Shown here: positions 1 to 10,182 of the stretch, in pieces
Numbering within the stretch: position 1 is the stretch's first letter
Layout of the letters: the number at the start of each line of letters is the position of its first letter
Source: a candidate division WOR-3 bacterium
GTDB taxonomy: Bacteria; Hydrothermota; Tepidihabitantia; SM23-42; JAOAFX01
Length of the DNA stretch: 20,595 nucleotides
Assembly (NCBI GenBank): GCA_039802265.1
Contig: JBDRWI010000043.1
Location: 1-20,595 of the forward strand
Direction: 5' to 3'
Translations under genes and position numbers: made by a program
Notes under the pieces: model-generated
The model's input: the letters and a program-made list of their open reading frames with translations, nothing else
What the model was told of the DNA's origin: nothing
The model's database searches: none

Positions 1-127
1 AAAATTTTCATTATAGAAAAGAATATGGACAAGATACATCTGGGGTTTCTGATAGTCGCTGGAAAGTGCACAACTTTAAGATGGAGCGTCTCTGGGGGTT
101 TCAGGGGTTCTCCCCTGATGTATCTTG
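1..127. repeat. Inverted-repeat element, copy 1 (MITE/REP-like or structured RNA)
   Basis: Arms CAAGATACATCTGGGG (30-45) and CCCCTGATGTATCTTG (112-127) pair at 15/16. Internal hairpin TCAGGGG-ttct-CCCCTGA (101-118). Preceded by AAAATTTTCATTATAG (1-16). Same architecture recurs at 16289-16418. Confidence 0.7.
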
Positions 128-249
128 CACCAAGTATCTGGCAGGAAAAAGCAGTCTATAAGAAATTCAGTCATAATCCCGAAGGCGGTCGCATCCTGAC
201 CGGTATCGGGGCAGGTTTATGTGCCAATAGCATTAAAATTGGCTGACAA

Positions 250-277
250 TTGACAGAAGCAATTTTTTGGATATAAT
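250..277 (+). promoter_or_regulatory. Sigma70-type promoter of the V/A-ATPase operon
   Basis: TTGACA (250-255), 16-bp spacer, TATAAT (272-277); ATG at 288 lies 10 nt downstream with no Shine-Dalgarno. Confidence 0.8.
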
Positions 278-287
278 TAAGTCTTTA

Positions 288-1205
288 ATGATTAAAGGAA
301 CTGATGATATCCGTTATGCGTTTGTTAACGGCGTTATCCGGGCAAAGGAAGCGCGGCTTTTGAAAAAGGGTCATTTTGATAGGCTCGCGGAGGCAGATTT
401 ATCAAGTTTCAGGACTATTCTCGCCGATTCGGACTATGGTGCTGAATTAAATTTTCTTGAAATGTTAGAACGAATAGAAAATGAAGAACGTAACTTTTTT
501 AATAAATATTGTCTCCATATTGAAGTAAAGAGAGCCATTGACTGGCCTGAGGCAATTCATAATCTCAAGGTGAAATTGAAGAACGGACCCGAAAGATTAT
601 TGTATCCCGTTTCAACCCGAGAGGTAGAATCGTGGGATGAGATAAAAATGGCAATTGCGACTTATATTGAAGATAAGGATAACTTCGCCTTCTCAACAAG
701 CCTTGATAGAATTCTCTGCAAGAAACTATATGAAAACGCAGGATTTTCCGAATTTTTCTTGAGGTTTTACGAACTCTATTTTGATTTGGAAAATATCCGT
801 TCGTTCTTCAGGGTAAGACAGTTTGATGACCCCATTGAGACATTCAATAAAGTCTTTATAAATTATGGGACAATCCTTAAAGAAAAATTCCTTGAGATTT
901 TAAACAAGGATAAGGAGGCAATTATCAGATCTTTTCGCAATACACCTTATGAAAGTCTTATTGAAAGGGCGGTTAAGTCTTTTGAAGAAGAACTCTCTTT
1001 TGTTAAATTAGAGAGGATAATTGAAGAAAAAAGATTGGTTTTCTTAAAACAGGCAAGGATGTATGCCTTCGGTGTGGAACCGCTATTCGGGTACTTACAC
1101 TTCAAAAGGGCAGAGATTAGGTGCTTAAGACAGGTCTATACCGGCCGGCTCAGGAATCTGCCGGTTTCTTACATAAAAGAGAGCATACCTGATGTATGGG
1201 AGTGA
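288..1205 (+). CDS. ntpC: V/A-type ATP synthase subunit C (d/AC39 family)
   Basis: N-terminal YAFVNGVIRAKEARLL, central DLENIRSFFR, C-terminal FGVEPLFGYLHFKRAEIRCLR are typical of subunit C. Start moved from TTG 267, which lies inside the promoter, to in-frame ATG 288. Confidence 0.88.
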   Translation: MIKGTDDIRYAFVNGVIRAKEARLLKKGHFDRLAEADLSSFRTILADSDYGAELNFLEMLERIENEERNFFNKYCLHIEVKRAIDWPEAIHNLKVKLKNGPERLLYPVSTREVESWDEIKMAIATYIEDKDNFAFSTSLDRILCKKLYENAGFSEFFLRFYELYFDLENIRSFFRVRQFDDPIETFNKVFINYGTILKEKFLEILNKDKEAIIRSFRNTPYESLIERAVKSFEEELSFVKLERIIEEKRLVFLKQARMYAFGVEPLFGYLHFKRAEIRCLRQVYTGRLRNLPVSYIKESIPDVWE

Positions 1206-1539
1206 TTTAGAAAAAATGAATAAGAGCAATATTGCGATCGTGGGGAAGAAAGAAGATGTCCTTCCGTTTCTGGCGACTGGTGCAAGGGTTTGTTATATAA
1301 AAGAAGGGGGTGCACAAAGAATGGTTGAGGAGCTTATAAACCAGGGGATAAAGGTAATCTTTTTTGCCGATGAATTTCTTGGTGAACTTGATGGGATAAT
1401 AAAAAAATTCCAATCCGAAACATTCCCCTGTCTCATTCCCTTCTCTTTTGGTGGTGCCAAGACAAAGCTGGGCATCGAAAGAATAAGAGGCATAATAAAA
1501 AAGGCCGCGGGTGCGGATATCTTTTTAGACCAGGTATGA
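1192..1539 (+). CDS. V/A-type ATP synthase subunit F
   Basis: IAIVGKKEDVLPFLATG ... PCLIPF ... IIKKAAGADI matches subunit F; lies between C and A. Alternative start at ATG 1216. Confidence 0.88.
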   Translation: MYGSDLEKMNKSNIAIVGKKEDVLPFLATGARVCYIKEGGAQRMVEELINQGIKVIFFADEFLGELDGIIKKFQSETFPCLIPFSFGGAKTKLGIERIRGIIKKAAGADIFLDQV

Positions 1540-3293
1540 AGCAAGGCAAGATTGTAAAGGTTTCCGGACCACTGGTGGTTGCCGAAGGGATGTCTGGGGC
1601 AAAGATGTATGATGTTGTGCGGGTAAGCGAAGAAAGACTTATTGGTGAGATTATAGGACTGGATGGTGATAATGCGGCAATTCAGGTTTATGAAAATACC
1701 ACAGGGATCGGTCCCGGCGACCCAGTCTTTCTTACCGAACAGCCACTCTACGCAGAGCTCGGACCAGGACTTATTGAGTCAATATTTGACGGTATTCAAA
1801 GACCGCTGGATGTAATCAGGGACAGGGCTGGACCCCTGATTATCAGGGGGATTGAAATTCCGGCACTGAATAGAGAAAGGCAGTGGGAATTCAACCCCTT
1901 AGTTAAAGAAGGCGCTTTGCTAAATCCCGGTGACATCATTGGTGAGGTACAGGAGACAACCCTGGTTCTCCACAAAATTATGGTGCCACCTGATATAAAG
2001 GGAGTAGTTAAAGAGATAAAAAAAGGCCGCTTTAGGGTGACCGATACAATATGTCGGCTCAAGACCGACGATGGTGAAAGGGAACTCACACTCATGCAGC
2101 GCTGGCCAGTGCGTTTGCCCAGACCATACCGAGAGAGGCTTGCACCAAGTTTGATTCTTTCCACCGGCCAACGGGTCATTGACACGTTCTTTCCTATTGC
2201 CAAGGGTGGTACTGCATGTTGTCCCGGACCATTTGGCTCGGGCAAGACGGTGATTCAACACCAGCTGGCAAAATGGGCTGATGCTGAGATTATTGTCTAT
2301 GTGGGGTGTGGTGAGAGGGGTAATGAGATGACTGATGTGCTTTTAGAATTTCCTGAATTGAAGGACCCTAAGAGTGGACAGCCGCTTATGAAAAGGACAA
2401 TTCTAATCGCCAATACCTCAAATATGCCAGTTGCGGCAAGAGAGGCATCGGTCTATACGGGCATAACCATCGCCGAATATTTTCGGGATATGGGTTATTC
2501 GGTGGCATTGATGGCCGATTCCACATCAAGATGGGCTGAGGCAATGAGGGAGATTTCAGGTAGACTGGAGGAGATGCCCGGTGAAGAGGGGTATCCAGCC
2601 TATCTCGGCACCAAGGTCAGTTCATTTTATGAAAGGGCAGGTAGAGTGAGGGCACTTGGGAAGCCCGAGCGGGAAGGTGCACTCAGTGTAATCGGTGCAG
2701 TCTCGCCACCAGGTGGAGACCTCTCTGACCCGGTGGTTCAGGCGACATTAAGGGTTGTTAAGGTCTTCTGGAGTCTTGAGGACCGGCTGGCATACCAGCG
2801 CCATTTTCCCGCGATTAGCTGGTTAAACTCCTATTCTCTCTATATTGATGAACTTCGGGATGACCTTGATAATGTGGCTTCTGGGTTTGCTGAATTATCA
2901 AAGGAGGCAATGCGCCTTTTGGAACAGGAGGCAGAATTACAGGAGATAGTCAGGCTTATCGGAATTGATGCACTATCGCCTGAGGACCGACTGCTCCTTG
3001 AGGGCGCCCGTTCAATAAGGGAAGATTTCTTACATCAGAATGCATTCCATGAGATTGATACCTACTCATCCCTGCTTAAACAGTTTAAGATGCTTGATGT
3101 CTGCCTGTTTTTCTATAATGAGGCAAAACGTGCACTGCAGCGAGGAATTCCCCTGACTGATATCACCCGGATGCCGGTGCGGGAGAAGGTCAGCCGGATG
3201 AAATATGTCCTGGAAGCTGAACTCTATAAGATTGACCAGTTGAAGAACGAGATCGTTGAGGAGTTTAGAAATTTAAAAACAACAAGTGATTAG
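1536..3293 (+). CDS. ntpA: V/A-type ATP synthase catalytic subunit A
   Basis: KVSGPLVVA, Walker A GPFGSGKT, YVGCGERGNEM, DSTSRWAEAMREISGRLEEMPGEEGYPAYL; 585 aa with no intein. Confidence 0.98.
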   Translation: MKQGKIVKVSGPLVVAEGMSGAKMYDVVRVSEERLIGEIIGLDGDNAAIQVYENTTGIGPGDPVFLTEQPLYAELGPGLIESIFDGIQRPLDVIRDRAGPLIIRGIEIPALNRERQWEFNPLVKEGALLNPGDIIGEVQETTLVLHKIMVPPDIKGVVKEIKKGRFRVTDTICRLKTDDGERELTLMQRWPVRLPRPYRERLAPSLILSTGQRVIDTFFPIAKGGTACCPGPFGSGKTVIQHQLAKWADAEIIVYVGCGERGNEMTDVLLEFPELKDPKSGQPLMKRTILIANTSNMPVAAREASVYTGITIAEYFRDMGYSVALMADSTSRWAEAMREISGRLEEMPGEEGYPAYLGTKVSSFYERAGRVRALGKPEREGALSVIGAVSPPGGDLSDPVVQATLRVVKVFWSLEDRLAYQRHFPAISWLNSYSLYIDELRDDLDNVASGFAELSKEAMRLLEQEAELQEIVRLIGIDALSPEDRLLLEGARSIREDFLHQNAFHEIDTYSSLLKQFKMLDVCLFFYNEAKRALQRGIPLTDITRMPVREKVSRMKYVLEAELYKIDQLKNEIVEEFRNLKTTSD

Positions 3294-3305
3294 GGTGAGG
3301 CAAAA

Positions 3306-4703
3306 TTGATTAAAGAATATCAGAGCATAGCCACAGTGAGTGGTCCTTTGCTTTTGGTTGAAGGGGTGAATGGTGCAAAGTACGAGGAACTGGTTGAAAT
3401 CTTTACCGCCACCGGTGAGAAGAAGAGGGGTAGGGTTCTGGAATTAAACGAAGACAAGGCATTGGTTCAGGTCTTTGAGGGTTCTTCAGGAATAGACATT
3501 GCCAACTGTCGGGTAAGATTTTTGGGTCGAACCCTCAAGATTGGCGTTTCAACCAGTATGCTCGGACGGGTATTTGATGGACTGGGTAGACCCAGGGATG
3601 GAGGTCCCGAGATTATCCCTGAGGTCCTGCTGGATATAAATGGTGCACCAATAAATCCAACGGCAAGGGCCTATCCCAATGAGTTCATTCAGACCGGAAT
3701 TTCTGCGATAGATGGAATAAATACCCTGGTGCGTGGGCAGAAATTACCGATATTCTCGGGCTCTGGACTTCCCCATAATCGGCTTGCCGCCCAGATCGTG
3801 CGTCAGTCAAGGGTCCTCCAGAAAGAAGAATCCTTTGGAATTGTCTTTGGCGCGATGGGTATCACATTTGAAGAGGCAAACTTCTTTATAAATGACTTTA
3901 CCAATTCCGGGGCACTGGAACGGGTTGTGCTCTTTTTGAATCTGGCAGATGACCCGGCAATTGAAAGAATCTCCACCCCCAGGGTTGTGCTTACTGTCAG
4001 TGAATTTCTGGCGTTTGAAAAGGGGATGCATATTCTGGTGATCCTTACCGATATGACAAATTATGCTGAGGCACTAAGGGAAATCTCGGCCGCAAGAAAG
4101 GAGATTCCCGGAAGAAGGGGTTATCCTGGTTATCTCTATACGGATTTGGCTTCAATCTATGAAAGGTCAGGACGAATTAAAGGCAAGAATGGCTCAATTA
4201 CCCTTATTCCCATTCTCACAATGCCCGAAGACGACAAGACCCATCCTATTCCGGATTTGACCGGATATATCACCGAGGGGCAGATTATCCTCTCCCGTTC
4301 CTTATACAGAAGAAAGATTATGCCCCCAGTGGATGTAATGCAGTCCCTTTCCCGGTTAAAAGATAAGGGGATTGGTGCCGGTAAGACCCGCGAAGACCAC
4401 GCTGACCTTTTCAATCAACTGATCGCCTGCTATTCAAGGGGTAAGGAGGCTCAGGAGTTGGCGGTGGTTCTGGGGGAGGCTGCACTTTCAGACCTGGATA
4501 AGATCTATTTGAAGTTTGCTGAAAGATTTGAAGAGCATTATATAAATCAGGGAGAGTATGAAGACCGGAGTATCCAAGAGACTCTGGATCTGGGGTGGAA
4601 ATTGCTTCGGATGGTACCTCGGGTAGAGATGAAGCGGGTAAGAGAAGAATATCTGAAGAAATACTACGACCAGGCTGACGCTACCGAGGGATTTGATCTA
4701 TGA
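3306..4703 (+). CDS. ntpB: V/A-type ATP synthase subunit B
   Basis: [61 protein letters not shown] start with SD-like GGTGAGG at 3294-3300. Confidence 0.98.
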   Translation: MIKEYQSIATVSGPLLLVEGVNGAKYEELVEIFTATGEKKRGRVLELNEDKALVQVFEGSSGIDIANCRVRFLGRTLKIGVSTSMLGRVFDGLGRPRDGGPEIIPEVLLDINGAPINPTARAYPNEFIQTGISAIDGINTLVRGQKLPIFSGSGLPHNRLAAQIVRQSRVLQKEESFGIVFGAMGITFEEANFFINDFTNSGALERVVLFLNLADDPAIERISTPRVVLTVSEFLAFEKGMHILVILTDMTNYAEALREISAARKEIPGRRGYPGYLYTDLASIYERSGRIKGKNGSITLIPILTMPEDDKTHPIPDLTGYITEGQIILSRSLYRRKIMPPVDVMQSLSRLKDKGIGAGKTREDHADLFNQLIACYSRGKEAQELAVVLGEAALSDLDKIYLKFAERFEEHYINQGEYEDRSIQETLDLGWKLLRMVPRVEMKRVREEYLKKYYDQADATEGFDL

Positions 4704-5326
4704 AACTGGCCGTACCGCCAACCCGTATGCAGCTTTTAAGACTCAAGCGCCGGCTTATGGTCGCAAAAAGGGGGCATAAGCTATTAAAGGACAAACAGGA
4801 TGAGTTGATGCGAAAAATCCTTGAATTGATCTATCGGATCAGAAATTTAAGGCTGGAGATTGAGAAGGAACTGGATATTGCCTATGGCTACTTCTATTTT
4901 GCCTCAAGTAAACAATCTCTGAATGCTACAGAAGAGGCACTACTTGGTTCAGATAAAACAATTGAAGTTGAATTTAAAACCCAGAGGATTTTAAACCTTA
5001 GAATTCCCCTGTTTAAAAGAATAATAAAGGGAAGGATAGTTGGTTATGGTTTCCTTTTTACCAGTGGAGACCTTGACCTTGCCCTTATGCGCATTGATAA
5101 ATTACTTGAACGTTTGATTGAACTTGCTGAAATGGAAAAATCCTTAGAGATTTTAGCCATTGAAATTGAAAAGACCAGGCGTCGGGTAAATGCACTTGAA
5201 TTTATTTTGATACCTTCAATTGAAGAGACGATTAGATTCATAAATTTGAAACTCAGCGAGATTGAAAGGTCGGATCTTACCAGATTGATGAGAATAAAAG
5301 AAATTGTCCAGCACCACCGATTATAA
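4700..5326 (+). CDS. ntpD: V/A-type ATP synthase subunit D
   Basis: [28 protein letters not shown] and [17 protein letters not shown] overlap with subunit B. Confidence 0.97.
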   Translation: MKLAVPPTRMQLLRLKRRLMVAKRGHKLLKDKQDELMRKILELIYRIRNLRLEIEKELDIAYGYFYFASSKQSLNATEEALLGSDKTIEVEFKTQRILNLRIPLFKRIIKGRIVGYGFLFTSGDLDLALMRIDKLLERLIELAEMEKSLEILAIEIEKTRRRVNALEFILIPSIEETIRFINLKLSEIERSDLTRLMRIKEIVQHHRL

Positions 5327-5344
5327 AAAACTGAAAGGAGTTCA

Positions 5345-5674
5345 TTGGGTATCTTGGAAGAGATCAAAAAGGCCGAAAAAACGGCGGAAGATTTAAAGAT
5401 AAATGCAGAAAAAGAGGGCATCGCCCTTGTTCAAAGGACCACTGATGAATGCCAGAAGCGACTTGAAGAATTGCTCAGAGAAAATGAAAGGCAAAGGCAG
5501 GGCGAGCTTTTAAATCTGAAAGATTATATTAATGAACGAATAAAAGAAATTCAGAAGGAGTATGAGGAAAGAATTATAAACTTTAAAAAATTGGCTTTAA
5601 AGAATCGCGAATCAGCCCTTATAAGGGCTATGGAGATAATTCTGAAATGGCCGTCGTCAGCGTCCAGAAAGTAA
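5345..5674 (+). CDS. V/A-type ATP synthase peripheral stalk subunit H (G-type)
   Basis: 109-aa charged coiled coil starting ILEEIKKAEKTAE, directly upstream of subunit I; SD AGGAG (5336-5340) before TTG. Confidence 0.8.
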   Translation: MGILEEIKKAEKTAEDLKINAEKEGIALVQRTTDECQKRLEELLRENERQRQGELLNLKDYINERIKEIQKEYEERIINFKKLALKNRESALIRAMEIILKWPSSASRK

Positions 5675-7683
5675 TTGTCGTTGTCTTGAAGGAAATAAAG
5701 GAGGAATTTCTATCAAAACTCCAGCGGGCAGGGATTATTCATATCACTGAATTGAAGGAATCAACTATTAAATCTCCAATTGCTATTGAAAAATTAAAGG
5801 AGATGATCGACCAGCTCGGGGTATATAAAAAAAAGAATCCGCTTGAGACGTTTGTTAATTTAAAGCAACAACTTACAATAAAGGAATTTGATGAAATTGG
5901 AGAAAATTTTGATCTTGAAGAAATCTGGGCAAGATTCTGCGAAAACCGAAAAAATCAGGAGGAGATTCAAAATAGATTAAAATATCTAAAGGAGATGGTA
6001 GCAATCCTCGAGCCTTGGCGGGTACTCGATTATGAACTTAAGAGTTTAAGGGATTTTAAAACAGTCCATTCCATACCGGTGGTAATCCCATCAAGGGATA
6101 AATATCAGGAGCTATTAAATAATATCAAAGATATTCCTCATACCATTGAAGAGGTCAGCACCGTTGGTCAACGAATTTATGCCCTTTTTTACATCCAAAT
6201 CGAAGACCTCCTAAGATTCAGAAAAAGACTTTTGGAAGGTGGCATTGAGATTATAGAATTTCCTGAGTTCAATGAAAAACCAGCTGCCCTCCTGGAGAGA
6301 TTCAAATGTGAGATTGAAACCCTAAAAGATAAGCTGACAAGACTGAATCAAGTGGAAAAGCGTTTAGCAGAAGACCTCTTTAAACTTCAGGTCGCCTACG
6401 ACCGTCTCTATAATGAAGGCAAAAAATTTGAAATCATTTCAAACCTTCCGGAAACAACCGCGACGATCAATATTATCGGTTGGGTAAAAAAGAAGGATTT
6501 AAAGAAACTAACAGAGATTGTAAAAGAATTCAGGTTCGCGACCTTTGAACAAATTGAACCGGCGCCCGATGAAAAACCACCGGTGGCGATAGAAAACTCC
6601 TGGTTGACTTCTGCCTACGAAATGCTTGTTAGATTATACAGCCTTCCAGAAAGTAAAGAACTTGACCCAACTCCCTTTATTGCCCTCTTCTTCCCCTTGT
6701 TCTTTGCCCTGTGTCTTACCGACGCAATTTATGGAATCTTTTTAAGTCTATTTTCGCTATTCTTGATGAGGAAGGTAAAGGGGGACAGAAGCCTTTTATG
6801 GATCCTCTTTGCCGGTGGTATTACCACCATATTTACTGGAAGCATGGTCGGTGGCTGGGCCGGAGACCTCTTCGACCTTATAGGAATAAAACCTTTAAGC
6901 GATTTCAAAAACCGCCTGATGCTCTTTGACCCCCTTACGAATCCAATGCCCTTTTTTTATATCTCAATCGGATTGGGTTATATCCATGTGATGATGGGTG
7001 TTTTGATTGAGGTCTATGATGACCTGCGCAACCGGGAGTATGCCCGGGCAATATTTGAAAATCTAACCTGGTTTATTCTGGTCTTGTGCATTCCCTTATA
7101 TTTCACGGTCTTAAAGGTGGGTGCTATTAAATTACTTATACTACTGGCAATTGTCGGTATTGTCATTTTCTCTAATCGGAGCGGCAAAGTTCCATTGTTT
7201 GACCAGATCTTATGGAGTTTGAATATATTCTTAATTCTATCTTTACTGACAAAATTCCTTCCGCCATTCTTTAAGTATTTTGTCCTGATTCTCTGCGGTC
7301 TTTTCGTTTTGCGTCTGAAGTATACCAAAAAAATTCTTGCCCGGATTGCCTGGGGTCTGTATAATTTATACGGAATTACCTCATTTGTGAGTAATATCCT
7401 ATCCTATGTCCGCTTAATGGCACTGGGTATGGTTACCGGTGGTATTGCAATGACGGTAAATAAGATTGCCTGGATGGTCAAGGATATCCCGGTAATCGGT
7501 TTGATTCTTACAGTTTTAATTTTGATTGGTGGGCACTCCTTCAACATAGTTATCAACAGCCTTGGTGGTTTTATTCACACGATGCGCCTACATTATATTG
7601 AATTCTTTGGTAGATTTTATACCGGTGGAGGAAAGAGCTTTAAACCTTTTAGCTTGGAGACAAAATATGTGGAGATTAAATAA
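5647..7683 (+). CDS. ntpI: V/A-type ATP synthase membrane subunit I (a)
   Basis: MAVVSVQKV start, soluble N-terminal half, YSLP..ELDPTP, TDAIYG, essential Arg in ILSYVRLMAL, HTMRLHYIEFFGRFYTGGGKSFKPF. Confidence 0.96.
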   Translation: MAVVSVQKVIVVVLKEIKEEFLSKLQRAGIIHITELKESTIKSPIAIEKLKEMIDQLGVYKKKNPLETFVNLKQQLTIKEFDEIGENFDLEEIWARFCENRKNQEEIQNRLKYLKEMVAILEPWRVLDYELKSLRDFKTVHSIPVVIPSRDKYQELLNNIKDIPHTIEEVSTVGQRIYALFYIQIEDLLRFRKRLLEGGIEIIEFPEFNEKPAALLERFKCEIETLKDKLTRLNQVEKRLAEDLFKLQVAYDRLYNEGKKFEIISNLPETTATINIIGWVKKKDLKKLTEIVKEFRFATFEQIEPAPDEKPPVAIENSWLTSAYEMLVRLYSLPESKELDPTPFIALFFPLFFALCLTDAIYGIFLSLFSLFLMRKVKGDRSLLWILFAGGITTIFTGSMVGGWAGDLFDLIGIKPLSDFKNRLMLFDPLTNPMPFFYISIGLGYIHVMMGVLIEVYDDLRNREYARAIFENLTWFILVLCIPLYFTVLKVGAIKLLILLAIVGIVIFSNRSGKVPLFDQILWSLNIFLILSLLTKFLPPFFKYFVLILCGLFVLRLKYTKKILARIAWGLYNLYGITSFVSNILSYVRLMALGMVTGGIAMTVNKIAWMVKDIPVIGLILTVLILIGGHSFNIVINSLGGFIHTMRLHYIEFFGRFYTGGGKSFKPFSLETKYVEIK

Positions 7684-8175
<492 letters not shown>

Positions 8176-8178
8176 AAA

Positions 8179-8748
8179 ATGCAGAATGTAGTAGAAAAGA
8201 TTCTTGAGCGGGCAAGAGAAGAGGCTGAGGAGATACTCAAGAGATACAAATTAGAGGCTGAAAAGATAAAACAGGATTATGAGAATAGAATCTCATTCGA
8301 GCGACAGAGATTTGTACAGGAGATTGAAGATCTCAAAAAGAGAGAAACCCTGAGGAGTATTGCAAAGGAGAAATTGGCACAGAACAAAAAGTTAACAAAA
8401 GAGATGGAAGAGGAAATAAATGGTGTAATAAAAGAGGCAGTAACGAGATTGACCAAAGACCGAAGGTATCTGGATTTTTTAAAAGAGTTGATAATAAATA
8501 GCCAGGAGAGTGAGGGTGAACTTTTTCTCTCAACCAACGATTTAAAAAAATATGGCTCAGCGATTGAAAAATTTATAAAGAAAGAGAATCTGAATTTCAA
8601 AATAACGGGTGACGATGATATGATTGGAGGTATTATTATAAAAAGGGGCAAAAATACCTATCTCGGTTCCATAGATGTGATTGTAGAACTAATTCGTGAC
8701 GAACTGAAAATTGAAATTGCCCGCATACTATTTGCCGGGTCCCATTAA
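8179..8748 (+). CDS. ntpE: V/A-type ATP synthase subunit E
   Basis: N-terminal coiled coil (VEKILERAREEAEEI), C-terminal MIGGIII and EIARILF; follows subunit K. Confidence 0.9.
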   Translation: MQNVVEKILERAREEAEEILKRYKLEAEKIKQDYENRISFERQRFVQEIEDLKKRETLRSIAKEKLAQNKKLTKEMEEEINGVIKEAVTRLTKDRRYLDFLKELIINSQESEGELFLSTNDLKKYGSAIEKFIKKENLNFKITGDDDMIGGIIIKRGKNTYLGSIDVIVELIRDELKIEIARILFAGSH

Positions 8749-8765
8749 TCTCCGTCAAGGAATCA

Positions 8766-8793
8766 TTGACATAAATTAAATTTTAATTATACT
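8766..8793 (+). promoter_or_regulatory. Sigma70-type promoter, leaderless transcript for the ruvX-mltG-cyclase-GGDEF operon
   Basis: TTGACA (8766-8771), 16-bp spacer, TATACT (8788-8793); ATG 8801 is 7 nt downstream with no SD. Confidence 0.8.
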
Positions 8794-8800
8794 TAAACTT

Positions 8801-9217
8801 ATGAGGATAATGGCGATTGACTATGGTCGGCGCCGTATCGGAATTGCATTGAGTGACCCCTCAGGAACCATTGCCCAGCCCTTTTTAACCATTGAGAAAA
8901 GGTCAAGAAAATTGCTTTTGCAACAACTGGAGTCGATAATTGACAAAAATGGTGTTACCCTTGTTCTTGTAGGAAATCCTCTTTCATTAAAAGGAGAATC
9001 TACGCCAATGAGTCTGGAGATAGCAAAATTGATTCAGAGGCTGAAAAAAAATATGAAGATCAAAGTCTTAAGTTGGGATGAAAGATTTACCAGCCGCCTT
9101 GCGGTCAGGGTTTTAAAAGACCACAATTTGAAACCTTATAATGTTGATGGTATTGCCGCTGCCCTGATTCTTGAGGATTTTTTGGCCTCTAAAACTAAAA
9201 ACTGTGGTAAATCTTGA
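8801..9217 (+). CDS. ruvX: YqgF/RuvX RNase H-fold nuclease (pre-16S rRNA nuclease / putative Holliday junction resolvase)
   Basis: MAIDYGRRRIGIALSD, LVGNP, WDERFTS, VDGIAAALILE. Confidence 0.96.
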   Translation: MRIMAIDYGRRRIGIALSDPSGTIAQPFLTIEKRSRKLLLQQLESIIDKNGVTLVLVGNPLSLKGESTPMSLEIAKLIQRLKKNMKIKVLSWDERFTSRLAVRVLKDHNLKPYNVDGIAAALILEDFLASKTKNCGKS

Positions 9218-9219
9218 GT

Positions 9220-10182
9220 ATGAAGATTGGAATCATCATTGCAACGCTGACCCTTTTATTCATCCTGTGGCTCCAGCCATTTGAAATTGGTGAAAATAAA
9301 GTTTTCATCTCAAAGGGTCTTTCAGGTTCACAAATTGCCGGTCTTCTTGAAGAGAATGGAATTGCCCGGAGTAAAATTGAGTTTCTTCTCTGGCTTAAAT
9401 TGCTAAACAAAGAGCGGGAATTAAAACCCGGGGAATACAACCTGAAGATATATAAAAATCCAATTTATCTAATTCAGAGACTCACTCAGGGAACAAGGTC
9501 GGATGTCGCAATAACCATCCCGGAAGGCTGGACGCTGGCCGAAATCGCCCGTTTTTTAGGTAGTAAGGGCTTGGTCGATGAAAAATCTTTTCTTGATCTA
9601 TGTTATAATCAGAAATTTTTAAACGAATTAGGAGTAAAGGGTTCCTCGGTAGAAGGATACCTCTTTCCGGATACCTATTTTTTTTCGCCAACCCAAAGCG
9701 ATTCACAGATTATCAGAATCTTTGTGGAAAATTTCTATCGCCGTATCCGAAAGATAACTGATGTACAGGGTGAATCATTACTAAAGATAATCATACTTGC
9801 ATCCCTTGTTGAAAAAGAAGCAAAATTTGATGACGAAAGACCGCTAATTGCCCGAGTTTTCCTTAATCGCCTGAAACTCCATAAGCCATTAGAGTCCTGT
9901 GCTACAGTCATCTATGCGAAACATTTGAAAAATCCGGACTTGATTATTACCAGTTTAACTGAAAGGGATTTAAAATTTGAATCTCCTTACAATACCTATC
10001 TCAATAAGGGACTCCCACCAGGTCCAATCTGTTCACCGGGTTTGAAGTCAATCGCGGCGGTTCTTAACCCAGCGGATGTGGATTATCTCTATTTTGTCTT
10101 GTGTGGTAATGGCCGACATCATTTTTCAAAAACCTATCGTGAACACCTCATTGCCCGGGATTTATATAATGCTCCGAAGTGA
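9220..10182 (+). CDS. mltG: Endolytic transglycosylase MltG (YceG family)
   Basis: N-terminal transmembrane anchor, TIPEGW, EGYLFPDTY, catalytic ASLVEKE, SPYNTY..GLPPGPICSPG, YLYFV. ATG 9220 preferred over TTG 9214. Confidence 0.96.
   Translation: MKIGIIIATLTLLFILWLQPFEIGENKVFISKGLSGSQIAGLLEENGIARSKIEFLLWLKLLNKERELKPGEYNLKIYKNPIYLIQRLTQGTRSDVAITIPEGWTLAEIARFLGSKGLVDEKSFLDLCYNQKFLNELGVKGSSVEGYLFPDTYFFSPTQSDSQIIRIFVENFYRRIRKITDVQGESLLKIIILASLVEKEAKFDDERPLIARVFLNRLKLHKPLESCATVIYAKHLKNPDLIITSLTERDLKFESPYNTYLNKGLPPGPICSPGLKSIAAVLNPADVDYLYFVLCGNGRHHFSKTYREHLIARDLYNAPK

Noticed and set aside
178..210. Hairpin CCCGA-agg-CGGTC-gcatcct-GACCG-gta-TCGGG as a riboswitch or SRP RNA
   Set aside because: No GEMM or SRP consensus is visible and it lies upstream of the predicted promoter; a single hairpin is not enough.
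25..246. 73-aa ORF upstream of the ATPase operon
   Set aside because: It runs through the inverted-repeat element, has no recognisable motif or SD, and is likely spurious.
2200..2250. Cys-Cys just before the Walker A of subunit A as a redox switch
   Set aside because: It is not at the P-loop Cys position known from eukaryotic V-ATPases, and nothing else supports it.
10076..10168. 31-aa N-terminal extension of cyclase paralog 1
   Set aside because: It would overlap mltG by over 100 nt; ATG 10169 gives a short, typical overlap.
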